A stretch of DNA of 64,000 nt from an uncultured Chloroflexia bacterium (GTDB lineage Bacteria > Chloroflexota > Limnocylindria > Limnocylindrales > CSP1-4). Shown here in pieces: positions 54,262 to 64,000 of this stretch (position 1 is the first letter of the stretch; the number at the start of each line of letters is the position of its first letter). The position numbers and the translations under genes were made by a program. Under the pieces are notes generated by a model that was not told the DNA's origin, ran no database searches, and was given only the letters and a program-made list of their open reading frames with translations. The stretch is taken from the NCBI GenBank assembly GCA_963705215.1, contig CAVPJI010000004.1:40756-104755 (forward strand), written 5' to 3'.

Positions 54262-54325
54262 GCGCATGAACAAGGCGTGAACGTCGGTGTCGGCGAGATT
54301 CGTTTTCACGCGGCGTTCATGCGCG
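54262..54325. promoter_or_regulatory. nested inverted repeats (cGCGCATGAAC / GTTCATGCGCg outer; GCGTGAA / TTCACGC inner)
   Basis: Four copies of a GCGyrTGAAC-like half site arranged as direct-direct-inverted-inverted, between the divergent TRASH-HK-RR operon and gdh. Confidence 0.3.
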
Positions 54326-54419
54326 TCCATCGCCGTATTCGTGATGGTGCGGGAACCTAGGAGGGCGGCGGATCGTGCCGGCATGGGCCGGACCCGCGCT
54401 CGCCACCGGAGCCCCCTGG

Positions 54420-55799
54420 ATGAACAAGCCGATGACCCCCGTCCCCGTCGCCGGCGGAGCGCCCCTCACCAAGGAGTGGCGCATCGCGGCCGCGGCTCCG
54501 GCCCTGCGCGGCAGCCCCGCCGCGCCCGCCGCGCACCCTGCCTCCGGCTCCCCTGGCGCGGGCGCCCTGGCCGCCGCGCTCGCCCAGTTCGACGCCGCTG
54601 CCGACCACCTTGACCTCGATGCGGGAGTGCGCGAGACGCTCCGGGCGCCGCACCGAGAGCTCACGGTTCGCTTCCCGGTCCGGCTGGACGACGGCCGTGT
54701 GCGCGTGTTCACCGGCTACCGGGTCCAGCACAACGTGGCTCGCGGGCCGGCCAAGGGCGGGCTCCGCTACCACCCCTCCACCGACCTCGACGAGGTCCGC
54801 GCGCTGGCGATGTGGATGACCTGGAAGTGCGCCCTCGTGAACGTTCCCTTCGGCGGCGCGAAGGGCGGTGTCACCTGCGATCCCCGGGCCTTGAGCCCGC
54901 GCGAGACCGAGGCGCTCACCCGCCGCTTCGCCACCGAGCTCAAGGTGCTGATCGGGCCTGACTCGGACATCCCGGCGCCGGACGTCGGAACCAATGCCCA
55001 GACGATGGCCTGGATCATGGACACGGTCTCGATGCACCGGGGCTACTCGGTCCCTGGCGTTGTGACGGGCAAGCCGATGGCGATCGGGGGCTCCAACGGG
55101 CGCGCCGACGCCACGGGGCAGGGTGTCGTGTACATGATCGAGGAGGCGGCCAGGCGACGGCTCGGGATCTCGTTGGCGGGCACGACCGCAGCGGTCCAGG
55201 GCTTCGGCAATGTTGGCGAGGCGACGGCCCGACTCCTCCACCAGGCCGGGGTCCGCGTCGTCGCGATCACGGACGTCGGCGGCGGCGTCTACCGCGACGG
55301 CGGCCTCGACGTGACCTTCCTGCGCCGCTACATGCAGGAGCGGGGCACGTTGGCGGGCGCGCCCGGGACCGAGCCGATCGCGAACGAGGACCTCTTCGGG
55401 CTGGACGTGGATGTCCTGGTGCTCGCCGCACTGGAGGGCCAGATCACGGCGGCGAACGCCGGCAGGGTCCGTGCCCGCGTCCTGGCGGAGGGCGCCAATG
55501 GCCCGACGACGCCGGATGCCGATCCCATCCTCCTCGACAACGGTGTCACCGTCATCCCGGACATCCTCTGCAACGCGGGCGGGGTCATCGTGAGCTATTA
55601 CGAGTGGGTCCAGAATCGCGAGTCCCTGTTCTGGACTCCGAAGATCATCAACGGCCGGTTGCGCGAGGCGATCCTGGCGGCCGCCGCGGCTGTCTGGGAG
55701 CGGGCCGATGCTGACGGGATCGATCCGCGGCGGGCGGCGCACGCCATCGCCGTGCATCGGGTCGCCGAGGCCACCGTCCTGCGCGGCCTCTACCCGTAG
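54420..55799 (+). CDS. gdhA: NADP/NAD-specific glutamate dehydrogenase (Glu/Leu/Phe/Val dehydrogenase family)
   Basis: GGAKGG catalytic-lysine motif and a C-terminal Rossmann (GFGNVG). The start is uncertain; GTG 54375 is an alternative. Confidence 0.85.
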   Translation: MNKPMTPVPVAGGAPLTKEWRIAAAAPALRGSPAAPAAHPASGSPGAGALAAALAQFDAAADHLDLDAGVRETLRAPHRELTVRFPVRLDDGRVRVFTGYRVQHNVARGPAKGGLRYHPSTDLDEVRALAMWMTWKCALVNVPFGGAKGGVTCDPRALSPRETEALTRRFATELKVLIGPDSDIPAPDVGTNAQTMAWIMDTVSMHRGYSVPGVVTGKPMAIGGSNGRADATGQGVVYMIEEAARRRLGISLAGTTAAVQGFGNVGEATARLLHQAGVRVVAITDVGGGVYRDGGLDVTFLRRYMQERGTLAGAPGTEPIANEDLFGLDVDVLVLAALEGQITAANAGRVRARVLAEGANGPTTPDADPILLDNGVTVIPDILCNAGGVIVSYYEWVQNRESLFWTPKIINGRLREAILAAAAAVWERADADGIDPRRAAHAIAVHRVAEATVLRGLYP

Positions 55800-55820
55800 C
55801 GATAATCGCGGTTCCTCCCG

Positions 55821-55850
55821 GGGCCCGGCCGCTCACACTCGGCCGGGCCC
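55821..55850. terminator. strong GC hairpin downstream of gdh (GGGCCCGGCCG-ctcacactc-GGCCGGGCCC)
   Basis: 10-bp perfect stem 22 nt after the gdh stop. A second, imperfect hairpin follows on the other side of the convergent gap. Confidence 0.35.
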
Positions 55851-55972
55851 GCCCTCCCTGCGGCCCTGCCATCGTGGGGGCCTACCCAACGAACCCGCCG
55901 GAAGCGCCGACGCGGGCCGGTCCCCGAAGGAACCGACCCGCGTCCGTGCGGCGGTGAGCGCCCGCGAAGGCG

Positions 55973-56443
55973 CTAGGCGAGCAGCTTGGCCTTGAGGGAC
56001 TCGTACTCGGGGACCGAGATCGTGCCCGCGTCGCGGAGCTGCGTGAGCTTCTCGAGCTGGTCGGCGACAGACACCTGCGACGCGGCCTTCGCCGCCGCCG
56101 AGGCCTGGGTGGCCATCTCGAGGTCCTGGGCGGTCATCTTCGGCCGGACGATCATGTAGATCAGGCAGCCGAAGAGCGGGATCCAGAACATCACGAGGAT
56201 CCAGATCACCTTCCACGCGCCCGAGAGGTCATTGCGCCGGAAGACGTCGACGAAGCACTGGAACCAAATCATGATGGCCATGAACAGGAAGAAGAACCAG
56301 ATCATGGACACGATGATGTCCCAGAAGCTCAGCTGGGCAGTGCCGACCTGGTTGCAGGCCGCGAAGAGGAACGGCACCCCGGCGATGATCGCGAGGGGCA
56401 GGACCCGGCGGCCCAGTGCCGCGCGGATGGAAGCGAGACTCAT
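55973..56443 (-). CDS. PLD-nuclease N-terminal (PLDc_N) + SHOCT domain membrane protein
   Basis: Internal ATG with GGAGGG RBS. Two TM helices with Trp-rich PLDc_N pattern. C-terminal SHOCT motif (LEKLTQLRDAGTISVPEYESLKAKLL). Confidence 0.6.
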   Translation of the reverse strand: MSLASIRAALGRRVLPLAIIAGVPFLFAACNQVGTAQLSFWDIIVSMIWFFFLFMAIMIWFQCFVDVFRRNDLSGAWKVIWILVMFWIPLFGCLIYMIVRPKMTAQDLEMATQASAAAKAASQVSVADQLEKLTQLRDAGTISVPEYESLKAKLLA

Positions 56444-56608
56444 TGATCCCTCCACTGATGTGTTCCGCACCCGTCTTCGGGGGCGGTGGCAGGCATGCCC
56501 CACGGCAACACGGCCGCGTCATCCCGCGGCGTCGTCGCTGATGGTACACGGCCCGGAGGCGGCCACATCACCCCGCGTGGAGGAAATGACCCTCCGCCGC
56601 GGAGGTGG

Positions 56609-56685
56609 TGGGGTGGCCTACGGGGCTTGAACCCGTAACCTCTGGAGCCACAATCCAGTGCTCTGCCGATTGAGCTAAGGCCACC
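56609..56685 (-). tRNA. tRNA-His (anticodon GTG) with encoded G-1 and 3' CCA
   Basis: Manual fold: acceptor GTGGCCT/AGGCCAC, D-arm GCTC/GAGC, anticodon stem CTGGA/TCCAG with loop TTGTGGC, T-arm ACGGG-TTCAAGC-CCCGT. Extra 5' G pairs with discriminator C. Confidence 0.85.
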
Positions 56686-56836
56686 GCGCGTCGCGCTCGC
56701 GCCGGCCGTGGCGACGGTCGGGGAGCCGTGGGCGAGGCGAGTGTAGCGGAAACGGCGCCGGTCGGGCCGCACGGTCCCCTTCCGGCGGTCGACACGTCCG
56801 GTCCGCCGTCCCCTCCAAGCGCCGGTCGCCCGGGGC

Positions 56837-57358
56837 CTATTCCTCGACCGGGTTGAGGTCCTCGTCCCAGGTCCAGGCGTCGAGGTCCGGCGGCTCATAG
56901 CCGAGGATCGTGAGCGCGTGGCGAACCTGGGTCCTGTGCTCACCGCCGTGGTCCAGTGCCTGGGCGAAGAGGACGACGGCGGGGATGCTGACCGGCTCGC
57001 CGCGGAACGTCGTATGGAGGACAGCGTCGGGCTCGTACGACGCGGCGAGCTCGATGAGGGCTTCTGAGCTGGCCCGGACGCGCCGGCGCAGGACGCGCAC
57101 CGACGGTGCCAGCGCCTCCGGCGGCGCCGGCGGGTCGGGCTCGTTGGGCGCAGGCCCGGGACGTTCGTCCTCGCCGCGCAGGCGCGAGACGTAGCGTTCC
57201 TCGGCTTCGACCAGGTGGCGCAGGGTGGCGCCCAGCCCCCCGTAGGTGCCCTGGGTCACGAACTCCAGGTGCTCCTCCGGGAGGCCCTCGCACGCGGCGA
57301 AGAGGCGATCCGTGGCCCACGCATGATGGCGGAACAGTGCGACGAATCCGGCGTCCAT
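56837..57358 (-). CDS. DinB/DinB_2 family (four-helix metal-dependent hydrolase-like) protein
   Basis: C-terminal 173 aa of a longer shadow ORF. HHAWATDRL and a conserved His triad pattern. Confidence 0.6.
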   Translation of the reverse strand: MDAGFVALFRHHAWATDRLFAACEGLPEEHLEFVTQGTYGGLGATLRHLVEAEERYVSRLRGEDERPGPAPNEPDPPAPPEALAPSVRVLRRRVRASSEALIELAASYEPDAVLHTTFRGEPVSIPAVVLFAQALDHGGEHRTQVRHALTILGYEPPDLDAWTWDEDLNPVEE

Positions 57359-57428
57359 GTGCGAGAGGGTACGACGCCGTGGCCCGCCCCGGGTGCCCGC
57401 TGTGCTCCCGGGTGCGACAATCCCGCCC

Positions 57429-59372
57429 GTGTCATCCCTTGCGCCCCGCGCCCGGCTCCGCACCCGCCTCTTGGACCGCCCGCTCCTCGCCGACGGTGGC
57501 ATGGGGACCCTCCTCTTCAGCCGCGGCGTCCCCCAGCGGGCCTGCCTCGACGAGCTCGCGACGACGCGCCCGGAGCTGGTCGGCGGCGCGCACCGCGAGT
57601 ACCTTGAGGCCGGCGCCGAGCTGATCGTCACCCTCTCCCTGGGTGCCAACCGGCACCGGCTGGACGCCTTCGGCCTGGCCGACGTGGTCTCCCGGCTCAA
57701 CCGGCGCGCCGCGCAGGTCGCGCGCGAGGCGCGCGACGTGGTCGGCCGGGACGCCCTCGTCGGGGGCTCCGTGGGGCCCCTGGGCGTCCTGACTCGCGAG
57801 CTGGCCACGCTCGGCGAGCGCGGCGGCCGGGCCCTGTTCCGAGAGCAGATCGACGGCCTCCTGGAGGGCGGGATCGACGTCTTCGTGCTCGAGACGCACG
57901 GGGACGTCGAGGCGCTGCTGTGGGCGGTCGATGAGGCCCGGCGGGCTGCCGATCTGCCGATCCTCGCGTCCCTCACGTTCGGCGAGGAGCTGACGCTCCC
58001 CGATGGGACGACGCCCTCGCGTGCGGCTCAGCTTCTGGCGGCCGCCGGAGTCGACGCGATCGGCGTCAACTGCGGCGCCGGCCCTGCCGCCTGCCTCGAC
58101 GCGCTGGCCATGCTTGGCGACGGGGGAGCCGATGGCCCTCCACTCTCGATCATGCCGAACGCCGGACTGCCCCAGCGCCTGGAAGGCCGCTTCGTCTACG
58201 CCGCGGGGGCCGACTACTTCGCCGACGTGACACCCCGGATGCTCGACGCCGGTGCCCGCATCGTCGGCGGCTGCTGCGGGACGACCCCGGCCCACATCGC
58301 GGCGATGCGCGCGGTCCTCGACGCCGGGACCGGAACCCGGTCGGGTCCTCCCAGCGTCGTGATCCCGGGCGTTGGCGCACCGCCGCAGCCACGCTCCGCC
58401 GCGATCGAGCCGGTGGCCGCGTCGACCGCGGTGGGCGACGCACCCCCGCCGACGCGCCTTGCCGGCACCCTGGCCGAGGGCCGGTTCGTCGTCTCCGTGG
58501 AGATCGACCCCCCGAGATCCGTCCGGATCGACCGGACCATCGAGGCCGCACGCCTGCTGCAGGCGGCCGGTGCCGACACGGTCAACATCAGCGACTCCGC
58601 GATGGCACGAGTCCGGATGGGTGCCATGGCCGTGGCCTTCGGGATCCAGCACGACCTCGACCTCGAGTGCGTGGTCCACCTCACGACGCGCGACAGGAAC
58701 CTCATGGCCCTCGAGTCGGAGCTGCTGGGGGCGCACGCGCTGGGGGTCCGCAACATCCTCGCCCTCACCGGGGACCCGCCGCGGGTCGGCGACTACCCCA
58801 CCGGGACGGGTGTGTGGGACGTCGACTCCATCGGGCTCGTGGAGGTGCTCGCGCGCCTGAACCGCGGCGAGGACCAGGCCGGCTCGCCGATCGGCCAGCG
58901 GGCAGGCTTCACGATCGCCTGTGCCCTGGACCCGACGGCCGCCGACGCGACGACGGAGTGGGATCGCCTGGAGCGCAAGCTCGCCGCCGGCGCCCACCTC
59001 GTCATGACCCAGCCGCTCTACTCCGTGGCCCAGGTGGAGGCGATGCTCGCCGAGGCGCGCCGCCGCTTCGGGCCGGGCGGCTTCCCGGTGCCCCTCCTCC
59101 TGGGTGTCCTGCCCCTCGTCTCGACGCGCCACGCCGAGTTCCTCCATCACGAGGTGCCCGGCATCGTGATCCCGGACGAGGCCCGGGCGGCGATGCGCGC
59201 GGCGGGTGAGCGGGCCTCGGAGGTCGGGATCGAGATGGCCGACGCGCTCCTCGCGGCCGTGGAGGACGAGGTGGCCGGGACGTACATCATGCCCAGCTTC
59301 GGGCGCTACGAGCAGTGCGCCGGCCTGGTCCGCACGATCAGGGAGCGACACGCTGCGGGGACGGTCGGGTGA
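57429..59372 (+). CDS. bifunctional homocysteine S-methyltransferase / 5,10-methylenetetrahydrofolate reductase (YitJ-like)
   Basis: N-terminal Hcy-binding domain ([19 protein letters not shown]), C-terminal MTHFR TIM barrel. The ORF's first start would overlap the divergent DinB gene, so GTG 57429 was chosen; TTG 57471 is an alternative. Confidence 0.7.
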   Translation: MSSLAPRARLRTRLLDRPLLADGGMGTLLFSRGVPQRACLDELATTRPELVGGAHREYLEAGAELIVTLSLGANRHRLDAFGLADVVSRLNRRAAQVAREARDVVGRDALVGGSVGPLGVLTRELATLGERGGRALFREQIDGLLEGGIDVFVLETHGDVEALLWAVDEARRAADLPILASLTFGEELTLPDGTTPSRAAQLLAAAGVDAIGVNCGAGPAACLDALAMLGDGGADGPPLSIMPNAGLPQRLEGRFVYAAGADYFADVTPRMLDAGARIVGGCCGTTPAHIAAMRAVLDAGTGTRSGPPSVVIPGVGAPPQPRSAAIEPVAASTAVGDAPPPTRLAGTLAEGRFVVSVEIDPPRSVRIDRTIEAARLLQAAGADTVNISDSAMARVRMGAMAVAFGIQHDLDLECVVHLTTRDRNLMALESELLGAHALGVRNILALTGDPPRVGDYPTGTGVWDVDSIGLVEVLARLNRGEDQAGSPIGQRAGFTIACALDPTAADATTEWDRLERKLAAGAHLVMTQPLYSVAQVEAMLAEARRRFGPGGFPVPLLLGVLPLVSTRHAEFLHHEVPGIVIPDEARAAMRAAGERASEVGIEMADALLAAVEDEVAGTYIMPSFGRYEQCAGLVRTIRERHAAGTVG

Positions 59373-62300
59373 TCGCGCCGGCCGCGGCGGCCGCACCGAC
59401 CCGTCTCGCGCGACTGGGGAGGCTGCCGGGAGAGCTCGCGGGCCGGATCCTCGTCCTGGATGGGGCGATGGGGACGCTCCTCCAGGCGCACCGCTTCGCC
59501 GAGGCGGACTTCCGGGGCACCCGGTTCGCCGACCATCCGCGCGACCTGCGCGGGAACAACGACCTTCTCTGCCTCACCCAGCCCGACGCGGTCCGCGAGG
59601 TCCACGCTGCGTACCTGGCTGCCGGCGCGGACATCATCAGCACGAACTCCTTCACGGCAACGCGCATCGCACAGGCTGACTACGCACTCCCGCCTTCGGT
59701 CGTCCGCGAGGTCAACGTGGCGGCGGCTCGCCTGGCCCGAGCAGCCGCGGACGACGCCGAGCGCGCCCGGCCCGGTCGTCCCCGCTTCGTCGCGGGATCG
59801 CTGGGACCCACGAACCGGACCGCCTCCCTCTCGCCCGACGTCGACGACCCCGCTGCCCGCAACGTCACGTGGGAGGACCTCGAGGAGGCCTACCGCGAGG
59901 CCGCGGCGGGGCTGCTCGAAGGCGGCGCCGACCTGCTGCTGATCGAGACGGTCTTCGACACGCTCAACGCGAAGGCCGCCATCTTCGCGGTCCGCTCGGT
60001 GGCCGAGGAGCTGGGCGTCCCGGTGCCGCTCGTGATCTCCGGGACGATCGTCGACGCGTCGGGGCGGACGCTCTCCGGCCAGACTGTCGAGGCGTTCTGG
60101 CACAGCATCCGCCACGCCGACCCCGTGGTCGTCGGCCTGAACTGCGCCCTCGGGCCGGCGCAGCTCCGCGAGCACCTCGACGTCCTGGGCCGGATCGCCG
60201 ATCGCCCGGTGTCCGCGTACCCCAACGCAGGCCTGCCGAACGAGCTCGGCGGCTACGACGAGACGCCCGCGGCAATGGCGGCGGCGATGCGGGAGTGGGC
60301 CGAGCACGGGCTTCTGAACGTGGCCGGCGGCTGCTGCGGAACGACGCCGGCGCACGTGGCGGCCATCGGCGAGGCGGTCGCCGGGCTCCCGCCGCGAGCT
60401 GTCCCGGCGATCGCGCCCGCCACGAGGCTGGCCGGGCTGGTGCCGGTCGTGATCCCTCCCCCCGGCAACGCGTTCGTGAACATCGGCGAGCGCACGAACG
60501 TCACGGGCTCGCGCAAGTTCGCCCGCCTCATCGCCGAGGGCCGCGAGGACGAGGCGGTTGCCGTCGCGCGCGAGCAGGTGGCGAACGGCGCCCAGCTCAT
60601 CGACGTGAACATGGACGAGGCGATGCTCGACGGGGTCGCCGCAATGACCCGGTTCCTTCGCCGGATCGCCGTCGAGCCCGACATCGCGTCCGTCCCGGTG
60701 ATGGTCGACAGCTCGAGGTGGGCCGTCCTGGAGGCGGGCCTGCGCCAGCTCCAGGGCCGCGGGGTCGTGAACTCCATCTCGCTCAAGGAGGGCGAGGCGG
60801 AGTTCCTTCGCCAGGCCCGGCTCTGCCGGGATTACGGCGCCGCGGTCGTCGTCATGGCGTTCGACGAGCTGGGCCAGGCCGACAGCGTGGAGCGGCGGGT
60901 GGAGGTCTGCAGGCGGGCGTATCGCCTCCTCACGGAGGTCGTCGGCTTCGCTCCCGAGGACGTCATCCTCGACGCCAACATCTTTGCCATCGCCACGGGC
61001 ATCGAGGAGCACAACCGCTACGCGATCGCCTTCTTCGAGGCGGTCCGCCGCCTCAAGGCCGAGCTGCCCGGCGCCCGAACCTCGGGCGGCGTGTCCAACG
61101 TCTCGTTCGCCTTCCGCGGCAACGACCGCGTCCGCGAGGCGATCCACGCCGTCTTCCTCTACCACGCCATCCGGGCTGGTCTCGACATGGCGATCGTCAA
61201 CGCCGGGGTGCTGCCGGTCTACGACGACATCGACCCGGAGCTCCGCGAACGCGTCGAGGACGTCGTCCTGGACCGGCGGCCGGACGCCACGGAGCGGCTC
61301 ACCGAGATCGCCGTCAGCTACGCCGCCATGGGCGGGATGGAGCGGGCGGCCGAGGACCTGGCCTGGCGGGAGCTGCCGGTCGAGGAACGGCTGACGCACG
61401 CCCTCGTCGAGGGGATCGACCGGTGGATCGCGGAGGACACGGAAGAGGCCCGGCTGACCATGGGCCGTCCGCTGGCGGTCATCGAGGGTCCGCTGATGGC
61501 CGGGATGAACGTCGTGGGCGACCTGTTCGGCGCCGGGCGGATGTTCCTGCCCCAGGTGGTGAAGAGCGCCCGCGTCATGAAGAAGGCCGTCGCCCACCTG
61601 GTCCCGTACCTCGAGGCCGAGCGCGAGGGCATCGCGCGCAAGGCCGGGACGCTCGTGACGGCGACCGTGAAGGGCGACGTGCACGACATCGGGAAGAACA
61701 TCGTCGGGGTCGTGCTCGGCTGCAACGACTACGAGGTCGTCGACCTCGGCGTGATGGTGCCCGCGGCGCGGATCCTCGAGCGGGCCCGCGAGATCGGCGC
61801 GGATTTCGTGGGGCTGTCGGGACTCATCACGCCGTCCCTCGACGAGATGGTCCATGTCGCCTCGGAGATGGAGCGCGAGGGGTTCACCATCCCGCTGCTC
61901 ATCGGCGGGGCGACCACGTCCCGAGCCCATACGGCGGTCAAGATCGCACCGGCGTACTCGGGCCCCGTGATCCACGTGACCGACGCCTCCCGGGCGGTGG
62001 GTGTGGTCCGCACCCTCCTGGACCCCGCGCGCCGCGATGCCTACGCCACCGAGGTCCGCGCCGAGTACGAGGCCCTGCGCCGGGAGCGCGGCGACCGCCG
62101 GGCCGGCGAGCGCAGGCTGACCCTGGCCGAGGCGCGGGCGAACCGGCTCCGCATCGACTGGGCCGGCGCCACGCCTCCGGCGCCATCGTTCCTGGGAGTC
62201 CGCACGTTCCGAAACTACCCGCTGGCGGAGCTCGTCGATCGGATCGACTGGACGCCGTTCTTCACGACCTGGGAGCTTCGCGGCGCCTACCCGGCGATCC

Positions 62301-63100
62301 TCGACGACCCGACCGTGGGAGTCGCCGCCCGCGACCTCCATCGCGACGCCGCCGCACTCCTGGAGCGGATCGTGGCGGGCGGGGATCTCCGCGCCGACGC
62401 GGTGGTCGGCTTCTGGCCGGCGAATGCCGTGGGTGACGACATCGTCATCTGGCGAGACGACGGCCGAACCGAGCCGCGGGCGACGTTCCGGACGCTCCGC
62501 CAGCAGATGGCGAAGCGCGACGGCCGGCCCAACCTCGCGCTCGCCGACTTCGTTGCCCCCGTAGCGAGCGGCGCACTCGACTTCGTGGGGGCGTTTGCCG
62601 TCACGGCAGGCCACGGCCTCGACACGCTCGTCGCGCACTTCGAGGCCAGCCACGACGACTACTCGGCGATCCTCGCGAAGGCGCTCGCCGACCGGCTGGC
62701 CGAGGCCTTTGCGGAGCGCCTCCACGAACGGGTCCGACGGGAGCTGTGGGGATACGCGCCCGGCGAAGCGCTCTCCAACGCGGAGCTCGTGGCGGAGCGC
62801 TACCAGGGGATCCGGCCCGCCCCCGGCTATCCGGCCTGCCCCGACCACACCGAGAAGCTGACGCTCTTCTCGCTGCTCGAGGCGGAGGCTCGGGCAGGGA
62901 TCCGGCTGACGGAATCCTGGGCCATGCTGCCGGGGGCGTCGGTCTCCGGGTACTACTTCTGGCATCCCCAGAGCACCTACTTCGGCGTCGGGCGGATCGG
63001 GCGCGACCAGCTGGATGACTATGCCGCGCGGGCCGGGATCCCGATCGCGGACGCCGCCCGCATCCTGGGTCCCAACCTGGCCGAAGAGCCCGCTGGCTGA
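59369..63100 (+). CDS. metH: cobalamin-dependent methionine synthase
   Basis: Hcy domain [15 protein letters not shown], pterin-binding domain, B12-binding DxHxxG (DVHDIGKN), C-terminal AdoMet activation domain. The GTG start overlaps the upstream stop (GTGA). Confidence 0.9.
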   Translation: MIAPAAAAAPTRLARLGRLPGELAGRILVLDGAMGTLLQAHRFAEADFRGTRFADHPRDLRGNNDLLCLTQPDAVREVHAAYLAAGADIISTNSFTATRIAQADYALPPSVVREVNVAAARLARAAADDAERARPGRPRFVAGSLGPTNRTASLSPDVDDPAARNVTWEDLEEAYREAAAGLLEGGADLLLIETVFDTLNAKAAIFAVRSVAEELGVPVPLVISGTIVDASGRTLSGQTVEAFWHSIRHADPVVVGLNCALGPAQLREHLDVLGRIADRPVSAYPNAGLPNELGGYDETPAAMAAAMREWAEHGLLNVAGGCCGTTPAHVAAIGEAVAGLPPRAVPAIAPATRLAGLVPVVIPPPGNAFVNIGERTNVTGSRKFARLIAEGREDEAVAVAREQVANGAQLIDVNMDEAMLDGVAAMTRFLRRIAVEPDIASVPVMVDSSRWAVLEAGLRQLQGRGVVNSISLKEGEAEFLRQARLCRDYGAAVVVMAFDELGQADSVERRVEVCRRAYRLLTEVVGFAPEDVILDANIFAIATGIEEHNRYAIAFFEAVRRLKAELPGARTSGGVSNVSFAFRGNDRVREAIHAVFLYHAIRAGLDMAIVNAGVLPVYDDIDPELRERVEDVVLDRRPDATERLTEIAVSYAAMGGMERAAEDLAWRELPVEERLTHALVEGIDRWIAEDTEEARLTMGRPLAVIEGPLMAGMNVVGDLFGAGRMFLPQVVKSARVMKKAVAHLVPYLEAEREGIARKAGTLVTATVKGDVHDIGKNIVGVVLGCNDYEVVDLGVMVPAARILERAREIGADFVGLSGLITPSLDEMVHVASEMEREGFTIPLLIGGATTSRAHTAVKIAPAYSGPVIHVTDASRAVGVVRTLLDPARRDAYATEVRAEYEALRRERGDRRAGERRLTLAEARANRLRIDWAGATPPAPSFLGVRTFRNYPLAELVDRIDWTPFFTTWELRGAYPAILDDPTVGVAARDLHRDAAALLERIVAGGDLRADAVVGFWPANAVGDDIVIWRDDGRTEPRATFRTLRQQMAKRDGRPNLALADFVAPVASGALDFVGAFAVTAGHGLDTLVAHFEASHDDYSAILAKALADRLAEAFAERLHERVRRELWGYAPGEALSNAELVAERYQGIRPAPGYPACPDHTEKLTLFSLLEAEARAGIRLTESWAMLPGASVSGYYFWHPQSTYFGVGRIGRDQLDDYAARAGIPIADAARILGPNLAEEPAG

Positions 63101-63180
63101 CCGACCGGGACTACCGTCCGGCCCCTTCCCGGGACCATCGCGCGACGGACTCGCGAGCGGCCGGGCGGTACGGTCCGGGT

Positions 63181-64000
63181 GTGACGCCCCCGATCCGTCC
63201 GCGGACGCCGCTCGGCCACCTTGCCGTGCTCGTCGCCGCCGCCTTCCTGGCCACTACGGTGGGCATCTTCGCCGCGCCGGCGCCCGTCGCCGCATGGACA
63301 CCCAACACCTACAGCGCCGCCGCGGAGGCCGAGCTGGTCCAGCTGACCAACCAGGCCCGCGCCAGTGCCGGGCTGCCCGCCCTCGTGGTCAATTCGACCC
63401 TGACCTCGATCGCCCGCGGGCGCAGCAAGGACATGATCGTGCGCGACTACTTCAGCCACGACATCCCGGGCGGCACCAACGTGTTCGACATCATCCAGGC
63501 CAGGGGATACTGCTTCAAGCTGGCGGGCGAGAACATCGGCTGGATCACGGCCGACGACGCGACCGCTGCGCAGGGCGTCCAGTCGATGTTCATGAACTCG
63601 TCCGGGCACCGGGCGAACATCATGGGCAAGACCTGGGACAGGATCGGGATCGGCGCCTACCAGGGCGACACCGAGAAGCGGATGTTCACGGTCCTCTTCG
63701 TCGACTCGTGCGCGGCCGCTCCGGCCCCGACGCCGAAGCCGACCCCGAAGCCGACCCCGCCATCCCCACGCCCACGCCGACGGGCGTCCCCGACGCCCAC
63801 GCCGGCCCCGACGCTCGCCACCGAGCCGACGCTATCGCCGGTCCCGACGCCGACGGTCGCGCCGACGCCCCGGCCCACGCCTCGCCCGACGCCGCGCCCG
63901 ACTCCCCGCCCGACGCCCGAGCCGGCAGCCACGCCGGAGCCGACGCCGCGCGCGATCGCGAAGCCCGCCGCCGCGCCCACGCCCGCGCCGACCGCGGAAC
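63181..64000 (+). CDS. CAP (SCP/PR-1, YkwD-like) domain secreted protein with Pro/Thr-rich C-terminal linker; 3' partial
   Basis: Not in the ORF track because it has no stop within the window. Manual translation from GTG 63181 gives a signal peptide, a CAP motif (HR-NIMG, GENIGW) and (PTPRPTPK)n repeats running off the window end. Confidence 0.55.
   Translation, partial: MTPPIRPRTPLGHLAVLVAAAFLATTVGIFAAPAPVAAWTPNTYSAAAEAELVQLTNQARASAGLPALVVNSTLTSIARGRSKDMIVRDYFSHDIPGGTNVFDIIQARGYCFKLAGENIGWITADDATAAQGVQSMFMNSSGHRANIMGKTWDRIGIGAYQGDTEKRMFTVLFVDSCAAAPAPTPKPTPKPTPPSPRPRRRASPTPTPAPTLATEPTLSPVPTPTVAPTPRPTPRPTPRPTPRPTPEPAATPEPTPRAIAKPAAAPTPAPTAE

Noticed and set aside
56500-56840. tRNA-His as a possible integration site for a mobile element
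   Set aside because: No integrase, direct repeat of the tRNA 3' end, or foreign-looking genes were found on either side.
57357-57428. Longest start (57357) for the HcyMT-MTHFR ORF
   Set aside because: It would overlap the start codon of the divergent DinB-family gene on the opposite strand. The downstream GTG 57429 was preferred.

Overview
This is a high-GC (~70%+) chromosomal segment that looks actinobacterial. F420/deazaflavin-type enzymes and an NrdJ class II ribonucleotide reductase point that way. Nearly all of it is coding, on both strands, with many 4-nt start/stop overlaps. The genes are mostly core metabolism and housekeeping. They include Sua5/TsaC, class II aldolase, MFS and ABC transporters, a DsbA-like oxidoreductase, 6-phosphofructokinase, a DEAD-box helicase, PPK2, YbaK, a zinc ADH, MsrA, nrdJ with tandem NrdR boxes upstream, a ccsB/resC-type cytochrome c biogenesis gene, saccharopine dehydrogenase, leucyl aminopeptidase, prepilin peptidase, an M23 peptidase, glgC, pepN, a UgpC/MalK-like ATPase, an AI-2E transporter, an SPFH protein, glutamate dehydrogenase, tRNA-His, a homocysteine-methyltransferase/MTHFR fusion followed by metH, and a partial CAP-domain gene at the 3' edge. 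The less ordinary stretches are: (i) a three-gene minus-strand cassette at ~24.1-25.5 kb of a HipA_C-only kinase, a DUF3037 protein and a YgiT/MqsA-like zinc ribbon; (ii) a minus-strand operon at ~52.0-54.2 kb of a TRASH/YHS-like Cys-rich protein, a cytoplasmic histidine kinase, an OmpR-type regulator carrying a +/-1 frameshift, and a YwiC-like membrane protein, divergent from gdh across a nested inverted-repeat array; (iii) a secreted sortase-like protein without the catalytic Cys; (iv) a pepN homolog whose conserved N-terminus extends upstream of any canonical in-frame start; and (v) a degenerate GGDEF protein that keeps the I-site. No CRISPR arrays, integrases or transposases were seen. Many long ORFs in the track are antisense shadow ORFs typical of high-GC DNA and were rejected. 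All domain assignments rest on motif-level recognition of the translated ORFs; no database search was possible.
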